Part shown: one piece after another, positions 1-6,050 of the stretch
How the letters are laid out: the number at the start of each line of letters is the position of its first letter
Position numbering within the stretch: the stretch's first letter is position 1
Origin: Candidatus Iainarchaeum sp.
GTDB lineage: Archaea; Iainarchaeota; Iainarchaeia; Iainarchaeales; 0-14-0-20-30-16
Length of the DNA stretch: 11,456 nucleotides
Assembly: GCA_903916665.1 (NCBI GenBank)
Contig: CAIWXP010000074.1
Coordinates: 1-11,456, forward strand
Reading direction: 5' to 3'
Translations under genes and position numbers: made by a program
The notes under the pieces: generated by a model
What the model was told of the DNA's origin: nothing
The model's input: the letters and a program-made list of their open reading frames with translations, nothing else
Databases searched by the model: none

Positions 1-63
1 TGATAATTTCTTTTTCGAAAATCAAGAAATTACAACATATAACATAAATAAAGAGTGAAATTT

Positions 64-1200
64 ATGTCTTTAATAAAAGTTGCATTTTTGAATAATTTCC
101 GTAGATTAAGTAGAACTGTATTAGTTCTTCTAGGGATAGTAATAGGTATTGCGGCATTAATAACTTTAGTTTCTGTTGTTGATGGAGTTTATCAAAATGC
201 AGCAAATTCTTTGGGAAAAATGCAAGGAATAATGGTATTTAAAGGTGCGCAGGGTCCTACAAATAGTTTAATGGCAGTATCCTACGAAAGTAAATTAAAA
301 TCAGTTCCCGGAGTAAAGAAAGTAACACCTACTTTAATGAAAGCAATTTCAATTATTGATAAAAAACAAGGTGCTGTTTTAGATTTAACTAATATGTATG
401 CCATTGTAGGAATAACTCCTTCTGATTTTAAATATTCTAATTTTAATTATATTGCAGACAATATGGTAAAAGGAGATCTATTAAAAGATAATGATGATCA
501 CATGGTTGTTATTCCTAAAAAATTTGCAGATGCATATAAGAAAACCATTGGTTCAAAAATTACTTTAGATGGTGTGGATTATAAAGTAAAAGGAATCTAT
601 GAGGTAGGACAGCAGGATAATAGAATTTTTGGAAGATTGGTAGATGTTAGAACTAGCTATGATATTCCTTTTGATCAAGTTAACTATTATACTGTTACTC
701 TAAATAATCCTCAGGATGCAGATAAAGTTAGAGATTTAATAAAATTCAAATTTAAAGAATTACAAGCCTATGGTCAACAGGATACTTTGGCATTGGTTGG
801 TTCTGTTTTAGATAATTTGAAATTGTTAGTTATTATTGTTTCTATAATTGCTGCGATTGTTGCAGGTATTGGAATTATTAATACAATGTTGATGTCTGTA
901 ATGGAAAGAACAAAAGAAATTGGTACATTAAAAGCTGTTGGTTGGACTAATGGTAATGTAATGACTATGATTATTTTGGAATCTACATTTATTGGAATAA
1001 TTGGTGGAATTTTAGGTATTATTTTTGGCTATTTATTAAGTCTTGCTTTGGGAAAATTAATTGGTATTTCAACAGTTGTTACTTTGGCAACAGTAATAGA
1101 AAGTTTTATTTTTGCATTAGTTATTGGAATAATAGGTGGTGCATATCCAGCCTATGTTGCAAGTAAATTAAATCCAATTGAAGCATTAAGAAGTGAATAA
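64..1200 (+). CDS. ABC transporter permease, FtsX/MacB family (MacB-like extracytoplasmic domain + C-terminal FtsX TM bundle)
   Basis: ORF 55..1200. It has an N-terminal TM helix (LVLLGIVIGIAALITLVSVV) and a ~220-aa extracytoplasmic domain, then an FtsX-type membrane domain with the family-typical 'MERTKEIGTLKAVGW' segment and the C-terminal 'GGAYPAYVASKLNPIEALRSE'. I prefer ATG at 64 over GTG at 55 because GTGAA (55-59) plus 4 nt matches the SD spacing seen at other genes here. The partner ATPase is not in the window. Confidence 0.85.
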   Translation: MSLIKVAFLNNFRRLSRTVLVLLGIVIGIAALITLVSVVDGVYQNAANSLGKMQGIMVFKGAQGPTNSLMAVSYESKLKSVPGVKKVTPTLMKAISIIDKKQGAVLDLTNMYAIVGITPSDFKYSNFNYIADNMVKGDLLKDNDDHMVVIPKKFADAYKKTIGSKITLDGVDYKVKGIYEVGQQDNRIFGRLVDVRTSYDIPFDQVNYYTVTLNNPQDADKVRDLIKFKFKELQAYGQQDTLALVGSVLDNLKLLVIIVSIIAAIVAGIGIINTMLMSVMERTKEIGTLKAVGWTNGNVMTMIILESTFIGIIGGILGIIFGYLLSLALGKLIGISTVVTLATVIESFIFALVIGIIGGAYPAYVASKLNPIEALRSE

Positions 1201-1208
1201 AATACTTT

Positions 1209-1229
1209 TTTTCTTTTCAAAAAAGAAAG
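1209..1229. terminator. T-tract/A-tract hairpin between convergent genes (candidate bidirectional archaeal terminator)
   Basis: TTTTCTTTT (1209-1217) pairs with AAAAGAAAG (1221-1229) around a CAA loop (8 bp plus one G-U). This gives oligo-T on the + strand just after the permease stop, and oligo-T on the - strand (also 1245-1251, A7). Archaeal termination is known to use oligo-T tracts. Confidence 0.35.
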
Positions 1230-1333
1230 TAAGTTATTTATCGTAAAAAAAGAAAATCCTCATTGCACATAGTGCTATGCCATTGGCAAATATATTCGGG
1301 TTGTTAATTTATTTTTAAAATTATAATTAGTAA

Positions 1334-1966
1334 TTAAACGTTAATCCATTTAGATAATAATTTATACATTTTAATTCTATCATCTAATTTATTTTTTCGT
1401 GCTAGAAGAACATCTAATTTATTTTTTGATATTTCTTTTTGTAATGCTAACTTTTTAACTACTTTTTCTCCAATTCCTTTATTTCTATAAACAATAGAAC
1501 TTTCAATAGTTTCAATTAGCTTTTGTCTGTATTCTTTATTATTAATAAATTCTTTGATTAAATTATTCATACTTTCTTCGCCAATGTATTCAATTGGTAT
1601 TTTTATTTTTTTGAAATCTTCTTTATAATCTTTGTCAAATGTTTCCTTAATTTTATGTTTCCAAAAAGTAGTTTTTAAATATTTTGTTTTTTTATTTTTC
1701 TTAATAAACTCTTCTGATTCTTTTTTTATACCATTCCAAAGTTCTATTTTTTGCATGGTTTTTGATCTTTCAGGTAGTAGTTCATCTAATTCTTTTTTTA
1801 CGATGTCTTTATTTGGATAGAGTATATCTAGTTTAGGTTTACCCGTTGTTTTAATAATCCCGCCTTCTCTAAGAAAGCTTTCTAATGATACTTTCTCTTC
1901 CTGTGTGAGTTTTTTAATATCTTCGTAGTTATTTTCTAGATCTCTCATGTTTGTAAAAATGTGCAT
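1334..1966 (-). CDS. hypothetical Lys/Glu-rich protein (210 aa), no recognisable domain
   Basis: This is a long uninterrupted ORF in a composition where stop codons are frequent. A TATA-like TTTTATAA on the - strand (1997..1990) lies exactly at -31..-24 of the ATG at 1966, consistent with a leaderless transcript. I recognise no family motif. Confidence 0.6.
   Translation of the reverse strand: MHIFTNMRDLENNYEDIKKLTQEEKVSLESFLREGGIIKTTGKPKLDILYPNKDIVKKELDELLPERSKTMQKIELWNGIKKESEEFIKKNKKTKYLKTTFWKHKIKETFDKDYKEDFKKIKIPIEYIGEESMNNLIKEFINNKEYRQKLIETIESSIVYRNKGIGEKVVKKLALQKEISKNKLDVLLARKNKLDDRIKMYKLLSKWINV
1381..1427. repeat. perfect 17-nt direct repeat (CATCTAATTTATTTTTT x2, period 30 nt) inside the 1334..1966 CDS
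   Basis: Read directly: 1381-1397 and 1411-1427 are identical. On the coding (-) strand they give two KNKLD pentapeptides 10 residues apart (ISKNKLDVLLARKNKLDDRIK). Confidence 0.95.
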
Positions 1967-1989
1967 AGTATAATCAAAAAGAGTTATGC

Positions 1990-1997
1990 TTATAAAA
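1990..1997. promoter_or_regulatory. near-palindromic TATA element (TTATAAAA / TTTTATAA) in the 75-bp divergent spacer
   Basis: On the - strand it lies at -31..-24 of ATG 1966. On the + strand a start site ~24 nt downstream would give a short leader carrying AGGTGG (2032-2037), 4 nt before ATG 2042. Confidence 0.35.
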
Positions 1998-2041
1998 TAT
2001 TCCTACCTTTCTTATAGTATTAGTGTACTTTAGGTGGTTTA

Positions 2042-2812
2042 ATGGACTCAAGATTAGGTGTTTTCCCAATAATTATATTGGCAGTATTGTTTTTAATTTT
2101 AGGTATGCTTGTAGCACCGAAATATATATTTGACTCTGGAAGTAATAATAAACAATTATTTGTTGTTGGAAAAGCTGACCAAAAAGTAGTACCAGATAAT
2201 GTTGTAGTTAACATAAACATAACTAATGATGCTTTAACAGCAAGTGCTGCTTTAGAGGCAAATCAAAAACAATTTGATGTTATTAAAGCCTATGTTGATG
2301 GTTTAAAAGATTATAATGGAATTAAATTAGAAACTGCTAGTTTTAGTGTTAATCCTAAATATGATTGGGATGCAAATTTACAAAAGTCAATACAAAATGG
2401 TTATACTGCAGATCATAGTTTAAGATTTAGTGTTGATGATTTTAATTCAAAGGGAAAATTATTGGTTGATTCAGTAACAGAATTTGTTAAAAATAAATCA
2501 GTAAGTATATCAAATTTAACTTTTGATGTATCTGATAGTTTAAAAGATAAAATAAAAAAATTATTAATTACTGATGCTATGAAAGATTCTTGGTCAAAAG
2601 CAAAAGCAATTGGTGATGCTGGTTTTTTTGTTTTAGATCCTAAACCAACAAAAATAAATTTAAATTATACTGATTATACTCCCTATCCTATGTATTATGA
2701 AAAATATAGTGCAATGGCACAGGATAGTGTTGCAGGTGCTGCAAATAATTCAATAGCTCCAGAAGAAGTTAATTTGAGTGTTACAATAGATACGACCTAT
2801 ACCTATAATTAG
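2042..2812 (+). CDS. SIMPL / DUF541 domain protein (BP26/26-kDa periplasmic immunogenic protein family), N-terminally membrane-anchored
   Basis: It has an N-terminal TM helix (VFPIIILAVLFLILGMLVAP) followed by the SIMPL layout. That layout is 'VVGKADQKVVPDNVVVNINI' (G-x-v-x-v-x-PD), an 'INPKYDW...NGYTADHSLRFSV' core and a second half 'ISNLTFDVSD...AMKDSWSKAKAIGDAG'. The SD AGGTGG lies 4 nt upstream. Confidence 0.8.
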   Translation: MDSRLGVFPIIILAVLFLILGMLVAPKYIFDSGSNNKQLFVVGKADQKVVPDNVVVNINITNDALTASAALEANQKQFDVIKAYVDGLKDYNGIKLETASFSVNPKYDWDANLQKSIQNGYTADHSLRFSVDDFNSKGKLLVDSVTEFVKNKSVSISNLTFDVSDSLKDKIKKLLITDAMKDSWSKAKAIGDAGFFVLDPKPTKINLNYTDYTPYPMYYEKYSAMAQDSVAGAANNSIAPEEVNLSVTIDTTYTYN

Positions 2813-2852
2813 GTAGGGGTTCTTTAAATTTTTAATATGCGAGATGATATTT

Positions 2853-3959
2853 ATGGCAAAGAATAATAATGGAAAATGGTTTGCAATTTTAGTAATCGTT
2901 TTATTTTTATCTTCTACTTTTTCTGTGTTTTTATATACTAGTGGAAACAAAGAAGATACAAATACCACAACAACAACAGTTACTGATCCCACAACAACGA
3001 TTCCAATTTCATATACTGCAACATTGGATGGTAATATATTAGAAGTTCCTACTGCAAGTTCATTTAGATTAATGGCCTACACAAATGAAACAGATGTTGA
3101 TAAATTAGATTTATCACTAAGAGATGTTAATGGCGTTTACAATGTGGCTGGAAGTATAACTTTAAATAAAGATACAAATAAAATAACTGCAAATTATATT
3201 TACATTGCAGATATTGTAGGAACTAGTTTAGATTATAATTTTTTATATGGTAAAATAAATGATAATAATAGTTTTATTAAGGGACAAACTAATTTATTTC
3301 CTTACGCAAAAGTTAGTTATAATTCTTTAGTTGATTTCACTAATAAAGATTTAAATTCAAAAAAGCAATATGATTTAGGTGGAAATGAAATAGTTGTTTT
3401 GGTTGAACCAGATACTTTTGTAAATGATAAAATAAGTTTTTCTATTGCTGCACAATTTAAAGGAGATGCATTAGCTAATTATGGCGCTTTTGAATTACAA
3501 AATTTAAGTGCACAACCACAGGCAATAAATTCAATTTATAGTTCAAAATTCACAAATAGTTTCTATGCTATTTCATTTGATGGAAATATAGCAAAAGATA
3601 AATTTAAAGTTTTAAATGATAAAAATTTAGATTATAACTATGAATTTAGTTATAGTACAACCTATCTAACAATAGATAAAGATGCAAATTTAAGTAAATA
3701 TTTAACTTTATTAAATGGTTTTAGTAAAGATTATAATGCAAAAGAGAATTCATTTGTCTATGGTACAATTTTTGTTGATACTATAAGTTATATGGATAAA
3801 AATTATGATGCAAATAGATTGGTTAATACTTTTTTAGATTATAACAAATATATTGATTTAAATTCAAATTTAGAATATAATTTAACAGCATATTTAGTAA
3901 GAGACAAAATAGTAAGTGTTTCTGCAAACCCTATATTTGATGTAAATAAGGTTAATTGA
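2853..3959 (+). CDS. membrane-anchored Thr-linker / Asn-rich extracellular protein (hypothetical surface protein)
   Basis: ORF 2844..3959. It has an N-terminal TM helix (WFAILVIVLFLSSTFSVFLY) and a Thr-rich linker (TNTTTTTVTDPTTT), then ~310 aa that are Asn/Tyr/Asp-rich with several N-X-S/T sequons (NTT, NET, NNS, NLS x2, NLT). ATG 2853 is preceded by GAGATGAT plus 4 nt (SD-like). ATG 2844 is the alternative start. Confidence 0.65.
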   Translation: MAKNNNGKWFAILVIVLFLSSTFSVFLYTSGNKEDTNTTTTTVTDPTTTIPISYTATLDGNILEVPTASSFRLMAYTNETDVDKLDLSLRDVNGVYNVAGSITLNKDTNKITANYIYIADIVGTSLDYNFLYGKINDNNSFIKGQTNLFPYAKVSYNSLVDFTNKDLNSKKQYDLGGNEIVVLVEPDTFVNDKISFSIAAQFKGDALANYGAFELQNLSAQPQAINSIYSSKFTNSFYAISFDGNIAKDKFKVLNDKNLDYNYEFSYSTTYLTIDKDANLSKYLTLLNGFSKDYNAKENSFVYGTIFVDTISYMDKNYDANRLVNTFLDYNKYIDLNSNLEYNLTAYLVRDKIVSVSANPIFDVNKVN

Positions 3960-3971
3960 TGGTGATGTTTT

Positions 3972-4337
3972 ATGTTTCCTGGATTAGGTGGAATGAACCC
4001 TGCACAAATGCAAAAGATGATGTCACAGTTAGGTATTAAAACTGTTGAAGTACCTGTTGAGAAAGTTGTATTTTATATGAAAGATGGTACAGCAATGGAA
4101 ATGGCTTTGCCTCAAGTAACTAAGATGACCATACAAGGCACAGAAACCTATCAAGTAATAGGTAATGCTCAACCTTTACAATCTTTACCTAATAGCAAGC
4201 CTAAAGAGTTAGAAATAACTGAAGATGATGTTAAGTTAGTAATGCAACAAGCATCAGTATCAAAGGAACAAGCATCAAAGGCTTTGAAAGAAACTAAAGG
4301 CGACATTGCTGAAGCTATTATGTTATTAAAGAAGTGA
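3972..4337 (+). CDS. nac: nascent polypeptide-associated complex protein (archaeal NAC alpha homologue: NAC domain + C-terminal UBA)
   Basis: It has the archaeal NAC N-terminus 'MFPGLGGMNPAQMQKMMSQLGI' and a NAC beta-barrel segment (VEKVVFYMKDGTAMEMALPQVTKMTIQGTETYQVIG). The C-terminal UBA reads 'EDDVKLVMQQASVSKEQASKALKETKGDIAEAIMLL'. The SD GGTGAT (3961-3966) lies 5 nt before the ATG. Confidence 0.92.
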   Translation: MFPGLGGMNPAQMQKMMSQLGIKTVEVPVEKVVFYMKDGTAMEMALPQVTKMTIQGTETYQVIGNAQPLQSLPNSKPKELEITEDDVKLVMQQASVSKEQASKALKETKGDIAEAIMLLKK

Positions 4338-4338
4338 T
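4334..4338 (+). promoter_or_regulatory. Shine-Dalgarno GTGAT for the GNAT gene, overlapping the NAC stop codon
   Basis: The sequence is GTGAT (4334-4338), then TGT, then TTG (4342). The NAC TGA stop is 4335-4337. The same GTGAT-N3-start geometry occurs at four other genes in the window. Confidence 0.5.
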
Positions 4339-4341
4339 TGT

Positions 4342-4848
4342 TTGAAAGTTACTTTACGTAAGTTCAAATTAAAAGATGTAAATAGTTTAGCAGAAAATAC
4401 AAATGAAAAATTAATTGCTAAAAATCTAATTGGAATTATTTTGCCATATACAAAGAAGGATTCTTTGTCTTGGATTAAAGAAGTAAAAAAAGAATATTTA
4501 AAATCAAAACCCAATAAACTCTATTTTGGTATTATTGTAAATGGTATAGCTGTTGGTGAAGTTGGTTTATATGATATTGATCATGAAAATAAACATGCAG
4601 AATTAGTTTATTGGATCGGCAAGAATTATAGAGGAAAAGGCATAGTAAAGAAAGCAGTAAAACAAATGCTAGACTATGGTTTTAAAAAGTTAAAATTAGT
4701 AAGAATATTTGCAACTATTTTTGTTTATAATAAACAATCAATTGATTTGTTAAAAAGTTTAAAATTTAAGTACGAGGGTAAACAACGCAAAGTAACTTTT
4801 AAAGATGGTAAATATTTAGATGAATATACCTATGCATTAATTAAATAG
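4342..4848 (+). CDS. GNAT family N-acetyltransferase, RimJ/RimL-like (Acetyltransf_3 type)
   Basis: The N-terminal 'VTLRKFKLKDV' is typical of RimJ/L-like enzymes. It also has 'AELVYWIGKNYRGKGIVKKAVKQMLDYGF' (the R-x-x-G-x-G acetyl-CoA motif) and 'LVRIFATIFVYNKQSIDLLKSLKFKYEG'. The start is TTG, since there is no in-frame ATG near the N-terminus, and it is supported by the upstream GTGAT. Confidence 0.85.
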   Translation: MKVTLRKFKLKDVNSLAENTNEKLIAKNLIGIILPYTKKDSLSWIKEVKKEYLKSKPNKLYFGIIVNGIAVGEVGLYDIDHENKHAELVYWIGKNYRGKGIVKKAVKQMLDYGFKKLKLVRIFATIFVYNKQSIDLLKSLKFKYEGKQRKVTFKDGKYLDEYTYALIK

Positions 4849-4858
4849 TTACACACAG

Positions 4859-4866
4859 TTTTAAAT
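4859..4866 (+). promoter_or_regulatory. TATA-like box TTTTAAAT upstream of the 41-codon ORF
   Basis: It lies at about -28..-21 relative to ATG 4887, and no SD lies between them. This suggests a leaderless transcript. Confidence 0.3.
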
Positions 4867-4886
4867 TTTTTCAAATTATTTTAGTT

Positions 4887-5012
4887 ATGGTTATTAGAAT
4901 AGAAACGCCTTTGGGAATTGAAACAATAATTGTTTCTAATAAAAAAATTAAAAAGAAAAGTGATAAAGTAACTAAACAAGAAATAGTAAATATATTAAAG
5001 CAAAAGAAATAA
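4887..5012 (+). CDS. small hypothetical protein, 41 aa (MVIRIETPLGIETIIVSNKKIKKKSDKVTKQEIVNILKQKK); below the ORF-track cutoff
   Basis: I translated it by hand from ATG 4887 to TAA 5010-5012. It fills an otherwise empty 164-nt spacer in a compact region. An open frame of 41 codons is unusual at this AT content. A TATA-like box sits at the correct distance for a leaderless ATG. Confidence 0.4.
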   Translation: MVIRIETPLGIETIIVSNKKIKKKSDKVTKQEIVNILKQKK

Positions 5013-5444
5013 TTATTCCAAATAAATACTTTCAATTGCTTTATTAAATATTAAAATTAGAATATACATTTCATCTTCAGTTAATGATATTCCTATGCTG
5101 TTAAGAGTATTATCTTTTTCTTGTTGATTTATTTTAAATGAATAACCAAAATTACTTTTTGATATTTTTAATACTGCATTCTTAACTGTTGTTTCATTAA
5201 TAGATTTATTTGGATCATGGAATAATTGTAATTCTTCTTTTGGACCCTTAATAAATACACAAATCTTTGCAGCATCCTGTGCACTTAATTTAAAGATTTG
5301 TTTATTGCTCCAATCAAATGCTTTTTCTTCTTTTTGCTTCGCAAATTCTAGAAATATGCTCTTCTTTAATTTATTAAAATCGACGCTCATTGCAGAGCCA
5401 GATTTTGAAGAATTAGGTTTGTAAATAACATAATTATTTTGCAC
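5013..5444 (-). CDS. Whirly-like single-stranded DNA-binding protein (bare Whirly domain, 143 aa)
   Basis: Several motifs line up colinearly with plant Whirly proteins recalled from memory (potato p24/StWhy1, AtWHY). The pairs, ours vs plant, are IYK..GSAMSV vs IYKGKAALTV, FDWSNKQIFKLS vs YDWSRKQVFSLS, and LFHDPNKS vs FFHDPNKG. Two more are GYSFKI vs GHFFNL and ISLTEDEMYILILIFNKA vs IPVTKAEFAVLVSAFNFV. The GTG start (5444) is preceded by GGTGAT (5453..5448) plus AAT. Confidence that this is a real CDS is higher (~0.85) than confidence in the family call. Confidence 0.6.
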   Translation of the reverse strand: MQNNYVIYKPNSSKSGSAMSVDFNKLKKSIFLEFAKQKEEKAFDWSNKQIFKLSAQDAAKICVFIKGPKEELQLFHDPNKSINETTVKNAVLKISKSNFGYSFKINQQEKDNTLNSIGISLTEDEMYILILIFNKAIESIYLE

Positions 5445-5481
5445 ATTATCACCAATTAATCAACATATAAAATTTATCTGT

Positions 5482-5964
5482 TTAATGATCTAACATATGA
5501 TTCTTTTGTTTTAATTTTTTTACCATTTCTTCTGGTTTTTCGCTCATAATATTTGAATTCTCTAGAATGGTCATGAATCCAGTGTCACCTTTAAATCTAG
5601 GTACAACATGGAAATGAATATGATCTACTGAGCCACCGCCCATTTTAGTTTGATAACCCACATCAAAGCCATCGGGATGAAATGCTTCTCTTAAAAGTTT
5701 AATTGCTCTTTTTATTAATAGCATCATATCTTTATCTTCATCTTTATTTAGATCTACAATATCTGTAACGTGTCTTTTTGGTATTATCAATAAATGACCA
5801 TATAAATATGGATATTGATTTGCTAAAATTGTACAGGTGTTTCCTTCGTGAACAATATATTGAGATTTATTATGATAATTACAGAAAGGACATTTTGTAT
5901 CCTTGTTATGACTCTCAATATATTTTTCTCTTATTGGTGCATAAATTATTTTTGCGATAGACAT
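5482..5964 (-). CDS. HIT family (histidine triad) nucleotide hydrolase/transferase, Fhit-like branch
   Basis: The histidine triad reads 'HIHFHVVPRFKGD', preceded by 'YGHLLIIPKRHV' and an N-terminal 'CPFC' motif. An SD-like AGAGGA lies ~7 nt upstream of the ATG. Confidence 0.9.
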   Translation of the reverse strand: MSIAKIIYAPIREKYIESHNKDTKCPFCNYHNKSQYIVHEGNTCTILANQYPYLYGHLLIIPKRHVTDIVDLNKDEDKDMMLLIKRAIKLLREAFHPDGFDVGYQTKMGGGSVDHIHFHVVPRFKGDTGFMTILENSNIMSEKPEEMVKKLKQKNHMLDH

Positions 5965-6050
5965 AAATATTCCTCTTTTTTTATGTTATATGTTGTATAA
6001 TTTTTGATTTTGTTTGAAAAAATTATCAACTTTGACATAAATATCATCCT

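Noticed and set aside
1-54. Possible 3' end (TGA at 1-3) of an upstream ABC ATPase gene
   Set aside because: Only a stop-like triplet is visible and no coding sequence lies in the window, so this cannot be supported.
1278-1288. TGCCA/TGGCA half-site as a specific operator shared with 7750-7799
   Set aside because: TTGCCAA/TTGGCAA-type heptamers also occur several times inside coding regions (for example near 1085, 7028, 8885, 9702 and 10384). The shared half-site alone is therefore not significant.
1201-1333. Possible tRNA, split-tRNA half or C/D-box sRNA in the long spacer
   Set aside because: There is no GTTCRANYC T-loop, no acceptor/anticodon stem arrangement and no CCA-proximal structure. 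The only C-box-like string is AATGAGGA on the - strand (1257-1264). It has a mismatch and no CTGA D box within range.
1632-1820. 62-aa + strand ORF
   Set aside because: It lies entirely antisense within the longer 1334..1966 ORF. Its product is low-complexity and Phe/Ser-rich (the mirror of a Lys/Glu-rich gene), and no start signal is present.
2020-2220. 66-aa - strand ORF
   Set aside because: It is antisense to the 5' end of the well-supported SIMPL gene and would run through the divergent promoter. It has no motif or SD.
2750-2992. 80-aa - strand ORF
   Set aside because: It spans the 3' end of the SIMPL gene, the intergenic spacer and the 5' end of the next gene on the opposite strand. 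This looks like a shadow ORF.
4326-4514. 62-aa - strand ORF
   Set aside because: It is antisense to the GNAT N-terminus and the NAC stop region. The GNAT frame carries clear family motifs, while this frame carries none.
5778-5960. 60-aa + strand ORF
   Set aside because: It is antisense inside the HIT gene, whose frame contains the histidine triad.
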